From the NCBI GenBank assembly GCA_965637545.1, contig OZ281497.1, positions 18,972,001 to 19,036,000 of the forward strand: a stretch of DNA of 64,000 nucleotides, written 5' to 3'. Source of the stretch: Phallusia mammillata (taxonomy: Eukaryota). The first letter of the stretch is position 1, and each line of letters starts with the position of its first letter. Position numbers and translations under genes: made by a program. Shown here piece after piece: positions 49,100 through 63,700 of this stretch. The notes beneath the pieces were generated by a model. That model was given only the letters and a program-made list of their open reading frames with translations, was not told the origin of the DNA and ran no database searches.

Positions 49100-49500
49100 T
49101 GAATATATAAAACTTTATTTGTAAACCTTCATACGAATTTCTAACGGTAATACAAAAATATGAAACAGTCTGCAAAAAATCGCTAGATGCCGGAGAAAAG
49201 CTACGGGGTACGTCATCTTTATACACGTCATGCAGGAAACGCTCGGGTCAAAACTACGACAAAAATATACACGCTTCTACTAATGCTCTACACACATGGT
49301 TTGATGCTTGCTAAAGTTTGTCAAGTGATAAGTGGGATGTACAACATTAAAATGGGCCCACTACATATACAACAAACTGTACAACAAATGCAGCCTATTG
49401 TGGCAAACTTTGCTTGGATAAAGTTGGGATTGAATATGGATAAACTTAGTGTATATGGAAAATCGTGGCATGTTATACAAACAAGGACACACATTGTTTC
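49100..49500 (-). mobile_element. Possible decayed LINE (CR1/L2-type) 3' end
   Basis: Broken minus frame HDFPYT..SGPILMLYIP resembles the L2/CR1 RT C-terminal YSGPxLWNxxP motif; AATAAA at ~49110; weak. Confidence 0.3.
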
Positions 49501-51193
49501 GAAAACTTTTAAGTTTTATATGACAGTAATAATACAAAAATGCCAATAAACTTAATCAATTTCAAAAACTAAAGTTTCGTACGTACTAACCACAAGGTTC
49601 TCACCTATTCATGTCCCCTATTATTTCAAGACCGGTTTATCAAAAAATTACGTTTTTTTTACAATACCCAAAAACTGTTGCATAAAATAAATTTTAGAAA
49701 AGTTGTGCATGATATTGTGAGAGCAATGGATTACAGCATATACAATTTTTTCATCGCTTTAGTGTCAGAATTTTTATCCTATCCTTGTATCTCCAAGCAA
49801 CGTGAAATTCAACAAGGGGTAAAAATTTCCCGGGAAAACGGGTAATTTTTACAAATCAAAAAATTAAACACTAAAAAAATCAAACTCAGTCAACTGAGAG
49901 GTTGGTTAATTTATTTTAATTACTGGGGTTAAAAAGCTACCATAAAACAAAACCCTTTTTAAAACCTAGTGCAACAATATACAACGTGCAGGCTAAAATT
50001 CTGTTGAAGCAACCAGCGAATAGAAGAGCTTTGGTCGAGCAAGCGTTGAGAATACAAAAATAAAATATGATGCGAAAGCCAAATGCCTGCGGTGCTCTGT
50101 AACAAGTCACTGCACAAAAGTGTGACACCTAACGGAACAATACATATATATCTTTTGGTTGCTAAAGACTAAATTAAGTAACACAGTAATTGTAGGCTTG
50201 AAGGATAGATATTCGACGACATAAACACATTGATCCATACTTTTTACTCAAAGAAAAGGTCCTGAGATGGGCTTAAGATCCAAGGTTTTACTAAACCGAG
50301 GCGTTATTCGATGCTAATTTGGAACCCCAGAAAAATGCCTAATAAAAAAAACCGAAAGCGGATCAAACGAAATTGGAACATGTAGGACTATATTGAATAT
50401 AAAACTGCTTCAAGGATCGGAACTTCTGATGTTGTGGTAAATGTCGTCGTACATTTTATCCATGCTATGTTCGAATACGCGACGATGTGACTGACCGGTG
50501 TATTCGCTGGCGCGTTCGTTCCAGTAACTGTCAGCGCCCAGTCGAACGGTCACTGACGACCTGTGCAATGCAAACCTTTAAAACGCAATGCTATACCAGT
50601 GGTACCAAAAAGTTTTATCGAGTCTCCGCGCAACTGCCCTATTGTACTTTATTCAATCAATCGCTGTCAACCAGGTCGGATTCTGTTTCATCCAGGTATA
50701 AACCTGCCTTAACAGAATACAGAAATTGACTGACATGCAGAAAGCAAACTGTTTAACCTTTATAACGACATTCGTTGCATCTACAAGAAGTGAGTTTGGC
50801 TTATTTTGGCATCTGTATGAGAGTGGGACTTTGACCAGCAAAACTTGACCATAATCCCTTACAATTTACATGACTCTATGGTTCCCTGCGATATAAAACA
50901 AAATTCCCAATGTGGGCTACCACAACACACATTGTCAACAGTGGGTTTCAATTACAACTAAGGATCACATTATGAGTTTGACGCAGTTCAAGTACTTTAC
51001 CAAGTTGCCTTTAATGTGCGTTGGGCCCCGAATAAGTCAAACCGCGCAACGTGTCATGATCGTTTATGCAGCAATACAATACTTTTAACCGCTTTTAAAG
51101 AATAATTCCGCAAAGTAACGCAGCAGCGGTCAGATACCTAAGCTTTTTTGATGATACTGAAATTTATTACAAACAACACTTATTTGAACTTAC

Positions 51194-54100
51194 TCAATAA
51201 TACCTTGGTGATCGTGGAGATGGAGTTCGGCTTCGTCGAGCCCAATAACGTTCGTTTGCCTCGCTGATCGAATCGTCCTGCGAAACAAACAAACAATAAG
51301 CCATCAGCTTAAGTAATAAGGTAATTCTGTTCAGTCAGGACCAAATGTTTTGTTACACAAACCTAAACCCTCAATGAAATTAAAATACGCCCAAATATTA
51401 CGCTGTTGGATTATTGGGAAAAGAATTAATAGGAGAAAAACAAAGACTGAAAATTATTTGGCAATTTTTAAAGCGGCGGCATAGGAAATACCATGCTTGT
51501 ACAAATAACTCTCATCTGACCCTGTTTACACCAACCCTGGTACCGTTGGTCAATTCCACTTACCACTATCTGAGTGGCTCTAGGCGACCTGAGTAGATCT
51601 CTTACTCGATCCCGGATCTTCTCATAGGGCGACGGCTCGTCGGTGCCGAAACGTTCTCGCAGAGGAGTTCGGAAAAGAATCGAACCCGGAGTAAGCTTGC
51701 TTCTTCTGGAAGCAAAGTGTTCATTAATTTTACAAGGAGCGAATTGCATACGTAATACTTTGATATCTTTTACTTAGCATATTTTGAGCAATGGGAAAAT
51801 GGACTGGCACCAGCTTACACGGTAAAGCACAAGTAGGGAGTCGAACTATCTTGGCGCACTTCTTTATGGAAAATTGCACCAATGTCAAACACCCTATGTC
51901 AATACAAGCTATTGAATCACATAAGTGAGTTGACTAAACGGTAAAGTCTACGAGTGTCAAACAATGAAGCACTAACCAAAGTATGCATTCCTAAAGATTT
52001 GCTGGTCATACAATGACATACCTCACATTAGAAGGTTCATCATAATCATCTGCTTTCGAAAATGACAGATCCCGCCTAGGTGTGCGGTATGAAATTGATT
52101 CAGGGGCACTCTGTGCAGAAGTCGGCCTGCTTGGCCTTTGGTGCAATGAGCTGTCGATTAGATCAGCTGTGTCTGTAATTAAATTGGTGGTTTTTGTGTG
52201 TCTGCTAACGGACTTAAACATATTAACTTTATCAGTACCACATTTGAAAAATTTGTCTGCGAAGATAAGCCATTATCCTGATGAAGGCATCTTGTATAGG
52301 ATGTCGATTATTTATAGTGAAACGGCTGGAAAAGCAATACTAATTTATACATTATGCCTGACAGCAATAGCCTTTTTACATTTGTAATTTTTGCATGTGA
52401 CTATTTGTTGATCTGCCAGAATGCCGACTCAACTTACTTTTGTGGTATTGTACTAATTTGGCTACCTTGATGCCTGACACTAACATTTGCACTCACTTAA
52501 CTAAATAAGTCTGCAGCACTCACTTTCAAATCTAACGCTACAATTTTTCTTTTTTCTAAAACTGCTCTGTCGATAAGCTGGATAAGAATTTTCACTTCGA
52601 CTGCTTGACAAAGTCATGTTATAAGGACAACTTGTATGTTCTGCGTTTAATCTATGGATCTCCATATCACTCTGCCAGTCCTGCTGGTTCAAATATTCCT
52701 TTAAATGTCGATTCTCCTTGGCGATACTCTCAGTGTAGCATCCTGATGTGATTGGCCTATAGTAAGCTGACTTTAAAGCACTGTGTTTCCTTGCAGAAGC
52801 ATTGTTATAAACAAATGGAGATTGTCTTCCCTTTGGTTTAGACCAAGTTATTTTCTCTCGTTCTTCCAATGATGAACTGTCTATCAGAGAAAAAAACATA
52901 TCTTTGGCTTTCTTTAACTAAACCAGTGGTTCTTTAACCCATTTCAGGCCATGAACCACCAAACAACTCACTAAAAATAAAAAAGACTAATCATTTTTGA
53001 AGATAAAGTAGGTATACATAACAAGCATTTTGGCTGAAAATTTTGATCCAAAATGTATTTTTTCAAACATTTTCCTGTTGCACAAAATCACCATAGACCT
53101 CCAGCTGAGAACCACTAACCTAAACTCTCATTGGGGTCAATTAATTCTGTTTTTGAAATTAATTCTGCTCTTAAAACTTTGCAAACATAACATATATCTA
53201 CAAAGGCAGTGTGTACTTATCAGTTTATATTGCAGTCAATGGAAGTTTTCTGATAAGATATTCAAATATTGTGTAAATTGTGCAAATGAGTGTTTGATCA
53301 CATAAACCATACATACTTTTGGTAAAGTTGAAAAAATTACATTGGCAGTGTTTGAAAAGAATGTCAAGTATGTGAAAGTGAAATAATAGCATCAAAACTT
53401 TGTTTACCTTCACTGTCAATATCTCTTGTAACATGGTCAGAAAGATGTTTCCCAGCTTAAAAAAGAAAACATAAATGAAACAAAATCAGTAATGTGCAAT
53501 GAAAGTTAATTTCCAGCCATAATCCAAAGAGTTTTTAGAAGCCTTGCTGTAGTAGTAGTGAAGTCACACTCATTGTTCAAACTTAAATCAAAACAGAGAT
53601 AACATGGCATTTTGGAGGACAGACAAAGGGTGACCGTTTTCCATTCAAGTGAATTGGGCCGTTTGTATGTTTTCACTGTAATCAACCTGAATGAATGTAA
53701 CCTTATGCCAAGTCACAGAAAGAATTGGTTAATTTACAGATGACATATTTTGTTCCATAACTTGTAGTAAACCTCTAAAGTTTACAGCAACAGAATTCAA
53801 AAAATGCCAATTTCTGGTAGCTAACAAGCTCTGAAATATACTTACGGGTGGGTTTTCTACGTCCTGGTGAATAGCTTGAGTTTCTGGGAGATGGAGTTCT
53901 GCGTCTTCGATCAGGCGATGGTGATACATGAGGTAGGGGTGGAGGAGCCTTGTTGGGTGATAATGTGTCTTCTGCTGCCTGTGGACCACACTTGAATTAC
54001 AAGTAATAACCACCATCACCAAAAATATGTTAACTGGGCATGTGTGTTGGTCCTTTGGCATGTCAATTCAAGCTAGTGCAAAATCATACAAATAAAGCTC

Positions 54101-56234
54101 ATGCACAATACAACTTCTCTTCAAATGCCACTTTGGACAGTTGTTACATACCTGGCTTTACTGGTAAGTGTTTGTAGCAAACTTGAGACATAATGTAAAA
54201 TGTTTTTTCCCACCTTTCTGACAACAAATTCTGGCCTGTCTTCCAGTTCTGTTTTAAACGGCTTGTTCTTGACTGTAGAATCAAATGGATCTTGCACAGA
54301 AAGCTGAGCCATCCTTCTTCTTGTGTATGGTGATGGAGATCTGGCCCTTGATGCAATTGTTGATTGTTCGTAACCTTTGTGTGCTGTTTCTGTACAAACA
54401 AAACACAATTATTGTAAACTCTTATTACAGCATGCATATCATTGTGGCATTTAAAAGCATTTTTAAGTTAGTTTGGGCATACATATTTGGTAGACTCATG
54501 GATCCCTTTATACATTTGGTATGATAGGCTGAAGTCTTTTACATTCAGCACTGAGCATTGTATTGGTAATGTACCGGATTGCTGTAATTTTTTATGGTTT
54601 TTAATTTTGTTAAGTAATACAAATATTTCTATGCAATAGTAATGCTTCTGGTTACTCATATATTCAAAGCACCCAAGCTTTTTGTGCAATTGACCAGTGT
54701 TTTTAACATGAATCATCTAAATGTGGTCAGCATCCTCTGCCTACCCATAGAATGGTTGTTGCAGTTTGCAGGTAAACTAACCTCTACTCAAACTTGCAGA
54801 TCTCCTATTTGACCTTCCAACCCTCTGCCGTGAAGAGGGAGTGTAGGATGGTTTTGAGGATTTCTTTTTAGTTGATGATGACATTGAAGTACGCTGAGGT
54901 TGAACATGTGGTGTGGAGGCTTCAATTGGTGAATGCTAAATATAAACATATTTTTACTTAATTACCCTGTCACACAAATAAAAGAAAATCTGAATACATT
55001 AAATTCAGGGTAGCTGCTTTTCTTGTGCCCATACAAGTCAGTCTCCGATGATTGTGGTCTTTCTTTTTTCCTCCTTGAATGTCCACTTCCACTGATTGAA
55101 GTCACCTTTAAAACCAAACCAATGGCAGTTACATTACAATCCATCAAAACGTTTTTACAAAAATGTGATGCTTAGACAAACAACCTTATTGTCAATGGTT
55201 ACTATTTTGTAAAAAGCCATTTGGGTCAAAGTACATTTAAATATATATATTTGATATTTCTATTACCTCCTTTATAATAGTGCGTGAAGAAAATTCTAGT
55301 TTGGGTGCGATCCCTGGAAAGGCTGAGGACCTTTGGAGCAATACCTCTCTGTCAACTCCTGGGTAAGTGGGACTGATTCGAGGTGTGGGAAACAAGAATT
55401 CACGTGCATTATCTTCATATGTTGCCAGCAGTTCACCACCTGTAATGGACACAAAGTAGATAACAATACAATATTTGTTAAAAAAATTGACCTAAACAAC
55501 AGTTTGAAATCAGTCCTAAACATACCAGGATAAGTGAGTTGAACCAGTTCGATGCGCACTGTTTCACCAGACAAGGCAGAGGCAACTTGCACTGGATCTG
55601 TAGCATGGCTAAACACTTTCTCAAAGCGAAGCTGCAAAATAAAGAACATCTAGTAACACTCAATCTGATGCATCAAAACGTTATCCAACCAAGACCTGTC
55701 TACACAACATGGCAGTTCCTGACCAGCATGCCAACCCATTATAGCAGGCGCAAAGCAAGTGATAGAAGTCATGGTAGGGCAATTAAATGCCTTTGGTGCA
55801 AAACTTCTGCATACAACCCCTAAAATTTGTCTTGCAAATTAAAAACAAAAATCCTGCATGCAACTGCCATACTCTGCAGACTGGCACGAAGATGCTACAA
55901 TAATACAGTTAAAAATAATAATAAAATCCACTATTAAAAATGATGCCAAAGTTTGCTTATTTCGAAGTTTAAGTTAAAATACAAGGCTACAAAATGTTAC
56001 CTTTTCATGAAACAAAAAAGGAAACACTGGAGGTGTTGATTCTGATCGTTTGCGCTGACCAAGCGCTTCAACATTTAAAAATACATCTTGCTGTTCAGGC
56101 AAAAAAACTCCTGGACAAGTAATCTGAGCACATAAACATTCATATTGAAACTGCATATAGTGTAACAATAATCAGAAACTTACTGCATGGAAATGAATAT
56201 CCACTATCACTTTAAGTGCTTTTTTCCGTGGCAT
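51194..56234 (-). CDS. SPATA6: SPATA6/SPATA6L-family protein, multi-exon
   Basis: MPRKKALKVIVDIHFHA|ITCPGVFLPEQQDVFLNV..PVFPFLFHEK|LRFEKVF..DPVQV..IELVQL..ELLATYEDNAREFLFP..APKLEFSS and C-terminal LRERF..IRDRVRDLLRS; paralog assignment uncertain. Confidence 0.88.
52278..52370 (+). mobile_element. Degenerate CTGATGA-stem repeat (Penelope pLTR-like), copy 2, in a SPATA6 intron
   Basis: ctgatgaaggcatcttgtataggatgtcg...gcctgacagcaatagc; homologous to the minus strand at 262-405. Confidence 0.5.
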
Positions 56235-57420
56235 TGTGTCCACTGTCCAGGTTATTTTTTTTTTTTTGAAGAGCTGAAATAAATTAAAATAAATTCATAA
56301 CACACTTAACAGTTGTCTATGTAATGTGGTTGTTTTTTACATGATGTGGCCAGCAGTGGACACAAAATGTAACACCATTATCCTGAAAATAAATCCACTG
56401 TTATGCAATTATTTTTAACATAAAATTGTTAATTATCAATTTAAACTTTTTACACAATGCAAATAAGAGGTTTGCTAGAATTTGTAACTGCCTGTACATA
56501 ACGAATAGCATATTAACACATTTCAATAAAACGAATAATGGGTCTGCCCGTCTGCGATAACCTGTCAACAAAGATGTAAATAACGTTTAATTGCACCTAC
56601 CTTTAAATTTAACTTTCGTGAAAATCTTTCGCCAATAGGTTCAGTTCAAAAGTTTAGGTGAAGCAAATCATTTCATTTAAAAATAATGGAACGTAAGTCA
56701 GGAACGTTCCTACGTGAAACTGAGCTAAACGCAACCTTGAAGTAAAAGTAAAGAAACAAACAATAGCAATTCTTTCTTGAATTTACCGGTTCCACACCAC
56801 GACGCAAGTAATTGGTTGAATAATCGATGACGAAAATCCGCACCACCAGCGTCCAATGTAACGGTATTTTAAAAAGAGAGTCTTTGTTAAGCGTACTAAT
56901 TTATTTTTTGTGTCCTGAAACTAGTTGTACCACTGCACAATTTTTGGAGTTTATTCGGAAAAACGTTTGTTCTACTTTGCAGGGTTATTCCACTTTTGCA
57001 TTGGAGCTACCACAAGGGTTGCTGTGCCTTTATCTGCGCCTATGTCTAGTTCTTTCATGTATTTCTGTCAAAGATTAAATAATTTGTTATTTATTATAGT
57101 TTTCAGTTTGTTTCAGGTATTGCGTTATCTTTGGTGTAGTAAATAAAAGCCCTGAACTTGATTTACTTGCACAAGAACAGTCATCAGTACAATATGAACA
57201 TGTTTTATTTAAACGCGGGCAACACAAAAAAACGTATTACAACATATTTTAAAATAACTATTTACACAACTCTAAAAAGTGCATCCATGTCAAATAAGCA
57301 CTGGAACAACAAAATGTTGATTAGAGGTATTTCAGACAATAGGCTTAAGTTGCTTCCTAAGAACCTTCCGCTAAATCATTTTAATAATCACGACATAAGA
57401 ACTTTGAAGTGCAAAATGAG

Positions 57421-57546
57421 TTCAATGCAATATATATATATGTAGGTATTAAGTTTTCAAGTGCTTCAATGCAATATATATGTAGGAATTGGGTTTTCAA
57501 GTGTCTTAATGCAATATATGGGCTAGATGCGTCAATCCTCAAGTGC
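57421..57546. repeat. Degenerate ~41-bp tandem repeat, three copies, in the probable ABCA 3' UTR
   Basis: Unit ttcaatgcaatatat..tgtagg..ttttcaagtg. Confidence 0.7.
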
Positions 57547-57773
57547 GACAATGCCATTGCCTTTTGTGTTGGTAAAAATAGGCTCAGTAAAATATGCAAT
57601 ACACAATGACAGGAAATCAACCGAAATTTTCTCGTGTGTATAAATTTCATATTGACAATATTTATCCTAAGGTGCATAACAATGGGAAAAAATACAAAAC
57701 AATCAAAAACATAATTTCAGCTCAATATTTAAAACCTATGCCTAGAAAACAATGCTAATGTTGTATTCACAGT

Positions 57774-60700
57774 CTATGGATTGGGGCTGAACTTAACGAG
57801 CTCGACATCGTCTGGCGATTTAGTACCACCTTGGTAACTGTGGTTTACACTTGGAGATGGACTTGCGTCTACTTCGCGACCATCCGTCTGCATTTTCGCA
57901 AAGTTTACAAATACCTGCAAGCAAATGTAAGTGATTACTACTCAACGTCTTTAATAATATTCAAAACTGCAAATTATGACTAGTCTACAATTTTCTACGA
58001 CATAGTTGGTTGCGATATGTTTAAGATGTTCACTTTATACAATTTCCATGTGAAGTCTTCTAAGTTGGCCTGTGAACTTGAACAGTAGGCTACACTAACG
58101 CGAACAGAAGGTTGGATCAACTTTACATCTGCCATCGTGAATAAAAGTTGTGACTCCTGCAAATTATATTACCTCGTCCAAAGTGGTTTGGCTCACAGAA
58201 TAATCCTCAATGTGATATTGTTGCTTGTTACTTTCCATTATATCAAAGAGATGTGACAACTTCACATCAGCCAGAGGGATTTGATACTGAAAAACAAGAA
58301 AATATGAAAACGTGTGGGAATTGACCTTATTTTAGGCCTTTTTTTCACACTTACCAGTAACATGTTGCTGTGGTGTTCCTTCAATATCGACGTGGGAAAA
58401 GAAGCAGTAATGAACTTTTGGGCATTTTCCGGTTCTTCACAACGAGCATCGACCTTCACAGTGAGCGTGTAACCTTCTCCGAATCGGTTCTTTAAATGCT
58501 GAGGACTGCCGATGCATTTAAAGCGGCCGTTCACCATGATTGCCAATCTTGTGCACAAAGCCTCACACTCTTCCATGCTATGTGACGTCAGCACGATACA
58601 GCGCCCTCCACGGACAGCTTCAGCGATGCGTGTCCACAGGAATCGACGCGACATCGGGTCCATACCGGCTGTCGGTTCATCCTTTAAACAAAGACCTACT
58701 TGGCACAAAACCGTAAAATAAACAACAATAGATAAACTTACCAGGAAGACGACAGGTGGACAACCAATGAAGGCGATGGCAGCCGAAAGTTTTCGTTTAT
58801 TTCCACCACTGTATGTTCCCGCGCATTTTTCAGCGTACAACTTCAGTCCGAACTTGTCTATTCCCCAGCTTGCCACTCTTGCAATGTCTTCAGATGGAAC
58901 TCCGCGAAGTTTGGCGTAGAACTCCAAATGCTCGCGACCTAATAACATAGACATAGGACTCCTAAAAACTCTCTTAAAGAACCGATTTAGGCAAAAAATC
59001 ACATTGCAAATAATCAGCTGAAAGGCTTTAAATTGTTTCGTTTTAAAGAAAAGTCACTCTATTCAGTTTTGACTCAAACAACAGTTTTGAAAGATAAAAA
59101 ACGTACCGGTAAGCAGGCTATTAAGAGCTTCAAATTGTGGGCAGTATCCAGTATTTTGTTGTACATCCCGCATGTTGCTGAGGATGCTTTGGTTCATAAT
59201 AGATGCATCACCCGAGCTTGGCGGTGTATCACCGGTCAACATCTTGAATGTAGTTGTTTTCCCGGCGCCGTTTACACCGAGCAAACCGAAGCATTCGCCC
59301 TCTGGCACACCAACATGCATACTAAAGAATAAAAACACAAACGCTAGTTGGGTAACAAAATTGGCTCCCTACTGTCATACGATCAGTTTCTGGCATATGT
59401 TTTGACAACAAAATTCGCAAACATTAATTGTTTTATTTTGTAAGCATTTAACACAGGTTAGTCGTGTGTGGCGAAGAAATTAGATTTGTGTGTTTCTTAG
59501 GTACACGTGATTGACCAAAAATGTGGAATGTATTAATTTGGTCACGATTAAGAACAAAAGGGTTAGCTGGACACGAAAGGGAAACATTTTTTGTTTCGTG
59601 TCACACAGTGGGGTTGCACGAAACGTGTACAAAAGGGTCATTTGTCATCTTCAATCTGGTAATTACACAGAAGAGCTACCAAAAGTCGAACCTATCAACA
59701 GCAACAAGAGGTTTTCCGTTTGCTTGTCCCTTGTAGATCTTGGTCAGGCTTTTCACTTGCAGGATATCATCACATAGACCTTTGACAATTCGCTCCCTTT
59801 CCATCCTCACATCTTCGTCGTCTGGGTCATTGCTTCTTGGAGTATCTTTCTGCCCTTTCATCACCCCGGGCTTGAGGAAAAACCTAGAGATCAAATGCGA
59901 ATGTTTGTAACAGGTTATGATTTAACAAAAATGGAAATTGATTCATACTTGTATTGAATCAGGACAGTGAGAATAAAAGAGACAGTTCCAACAATTGCCA
60001 TGGCCATGAGGTTTCTTCCAACTAATTCAAACTCGAAAGGACTTCTGGAGCGATCAATGCCTGCCAAGAAAAACACGTAAAAACGGATTCAAATGTTTAG
60101 AAAAAGCAGCTTCGGCCACCAGTGCCTGTTACAGATTTGGTATTACGGAGTTTAATCGCAACACGCAAAGATAGGAACTTACCAAATGCAGCTGCAGCGT
60201 CGGTGTAAGCCTGATTGATCGCCATGTCTATCAAACCACGCCCCATGCAATATTGTGGGAAGATAAGGAAAATACGTTGCAGGTAAAAGTTGGCGTCTGT
60301 TAAGGCTGGATCGTCTAAGAGCTAACAAAAAGCAGTAAACGTTAACACGAAATCCTACTAAGTCCTATATTTTTATATATATTTTTTTTATAGACCTCTA
60401 TTTTTTGTCAACGACAAAAAAATTATGAATGAGAAGCCATAATCACTTTCCTTACCTCAAGAACGAATGTTGCTATACTGGCGTTGATTCCAATAAATAG
60501 ATTAATACAGGTCAGAACGACGTATGCTGTGCTGGGTACCTGTTGATAAAACAAATACATTATAAAGCATTCAAGTCGATTTACAATTGCTGTTCATACA
60601 GTAAAGTAGAAGCTGGCTGGATACATCATGGGTGTGATGGAGAATCCGTACAACAGAAGCAGACAGATCAAGCAACCAATGTTGTTCTCTGAAACGTAGG

Positions 60701-63700
60701 CTTTGGTTTGGTAGGCAAGGAAAATGAGAATGACTATGAAGGCCGGAAGTGTGTAGTTCACCTGTAAAAGAAAAGTACATGTATTTCAATCGCTGTACGT
60801 ATAAAACACATTGATGTAGTTGTAAGATTGTTTATATGTCCAAGACAGTTTAAAGTTCTTTTTTTCTTATACACAGGTTTATAAACGTACAACAAACGGT
60901 TTTTAAGCTATTGTGGATTTCTACCAACACAATAAGTTGTTTAAGGTTATTATTCATATCAATCCTCGCTGATGTATCAGTTTAAAATGCACACAAGAAA
61001 AAAAGCGGCGATAAGCTGACATACCAAGTCCCAGAGGAAAGTGGCAATCCAATAGACAAACTGATTGACGCCGCTCACAAACTGCAAATGCTTCGCCTTC
61101 GTTACTTTCTCCTCGATAAGAAAGAGAACGAAACTTGCCGGGATGAACGAAAGAGCGAAGATCACACATATCGATGTGATTAAATCTGAGGCGGATCCTC
61201 TCCTAAACAAAAAACGCGGAGTTTAAGTTTAGAAATATCTGCAGAACCTATTATTTTTTTGTCAAAATATGTCATCTATAGCAGTGGTTCTCAAAGTAGT
61301 AGCCATCGCCCTTCGCATCCCCTTCTGTTTGAAGTAAAAAGACGAAATACACAACAGTTTTGCTTAAGTATATCCTTTACGGGTCACCATGAGCAATTTG
61401 GTAAAATGTTTGATAATAATGATGACCACTTCTAACATAAAATCTTAGACAAACTGGTGCAAGTGTGTGAGCCTAAACCGTCATCAACTTTTCTCACTTA
61501 ACCGTCAACGGGACGTTTCGAAATCAACAAAATTGTTGATACAAAAAAAGACAAAAAAATAATCCACATTACATAAGAGGAATAAACTTGAAGCAGCAGC
61601 AGCATTTGGATTCACTTACGTCGCAGCTTCGTCAACTTGACTTTGAGAAAAGTTTAAAGGATGGTTGATGGCTGCGATTCCAAATTTACGCTTGTCGTCT
61701 TCGGATGGCAATATTGACCGCAAGGCGGCGTTGTTGAGCACGTTTAACCAGGTTGGCATTGAATGAAACCCGTTGTTGTCAAACCAAATCTATGCATAAT
61801 TCAAACGCACTTGTCTTTAATAAAACCACATTCTGCAGAGCTAGACAAAAATCTTGTTGTCTTTGGAATTTAAGTCATGTTTCTAGAACTTGTTTTACCT
61901 CATTATTTTCTGAGTTGATTTACATTTAAAGTGGTACTTGTTTCGGCCAAACTACACACTTTTACTAACAACATATCTGGTACACAATAAAAAATAATAA
62001 AATGACTTTTACCTGGGTGTTTTCGGTTCGCACAAAGTTCTCGAGGTCAACTTCTGAAAAGTTGTTCGACGAGTTGCCAAGCAACAGGTTTTTCAATACT
62101 GCAAACTGCTGGGAAGTCCACATCGTGTGATATCTCTCACCAAACGACAGTCCGCCGTACCGTTCCTTTTTGAACCTTGGTTTTAAAGTAAACAGTATTA
62201 TAATATCAAATCCAATGTATGAAATATATCACAAATTTATGCACTGGTGTGGAAAATAGCTTTGTTGTATGGGACATTTAGCGTTTAATATTCAAAGGGT
62301 CACAAACCTTTCTGTGGTTTTCACCATCCAGTCAGCCACTTTTCTACCAGTCATGTTATACATCGGGTTGCTGGTTATGGAAGTTACAAGATCGGTTGGT
62401 TCGCCTCCTGCGCCTACCACACATTCTGAAAACAATTGTAAATAGCAATGTTAGCCAAACCAGTTCAGAACTCTCCGTAAGTCTATCTATGAAAATTGGT
62501 TGGCTATATTTGGCCTTGCATTAAACATTAAACAAAATGTTCATTGGTTCCTTGCAGCCGAATCGAACCAATCATTCGTGACAGGATTCCATGATTAAGT
62601 CAGATCAAGATGTATATTTCTATGCGTAAAATTTACCTGCTAGCAAGGCTGTGGTTTCCTTGTCCGTACATTTGCAAATTATAGTTTCGTTTGACGTCAC
62701 CAGCTGGCTGAAACCACGAATACTTGCGTCAGGTTGCCATGTTTGTCCTGTTAATAAGAAAAATTACACAATTAATTGATCTCCTATGTTAAGTGACAAT
62801 AACAACTAAATACAAAGTATATACCTTGTATGTTTTCGCACTCTATGAATTTGTTGTCAAAATTCAGCACGCTGTAACTGGTGACGCATCGCATCCCTAT
62901 CCCTGGTTGGTTGATAAGCGCGTCAGCAGCAGCAGCAGACGATGAGCTGCTGTTGACGTCATCGTTGCTGCGGAAGTTATCATGTCAACACGGTTTTACT
63001 CACCACACAATAGTGCTGTATCATTACCAGCAATTATGCTGTATAAAGCTCATATGGAATGCTTTACAGTTTAAACCAGTGGTTCTCAACCTTTTTGCCT
63101 TTGCGGACCCCTATTGGATGACAAGCTAATCGCGGACCCCTTTGAACGTTTTGGTATTTTATGTCTTTTTTTTTTATTAACAAGCAACCCCAAAACGGTG
63201 CAGAATATAACTCAATAATAAAGAGCCATTGCATTGTGATGTGACGTTGTTTGCCACTGAAAATCTACCTCTGTTGCACCACAATGGGGTTAAAATGTCA
63301 CAATGCATTTTAGTTCGTCGCCTATGAAGAACGATTTTAAACAAATTTTATGCTATTTTAAAACGCTGAGACATATTTTTTAAATAGCGCTTTATTAATA
63401 TCGTTATCTGCAAAATTAGGAAGTTGTCGCGGACCTCCTGAAAACGCTTTGCGGACCCCCGGTTGAGAACCACTGGTTTAAACGCATGAAGTTAACCACT
63501 TCAGGTGCAGTCACTGTTGGCTTGGAATGTGCGTAAAACGCAACACTTAACACTATAGGCTTGTCTTGGGAGAAGGCTTACCTGAAGAAGGTATTGCTGT
63601 CCCCGTACATCCAGGGTTGCATTTCAAGTGGTGGGAGGTTTCTATTCGACGGAATAACAAGTGCAAAGGCTAAAGCCAGGGCCACGAACACGGCCGGTAC

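Noticed and set aside
61898-61950. Possible alternative ABCA exon (AG..GT bounded, 53 nt)
   Set aside because: Length not a multiple of 3 and a stop in the frame resembling the neighbouring exon end
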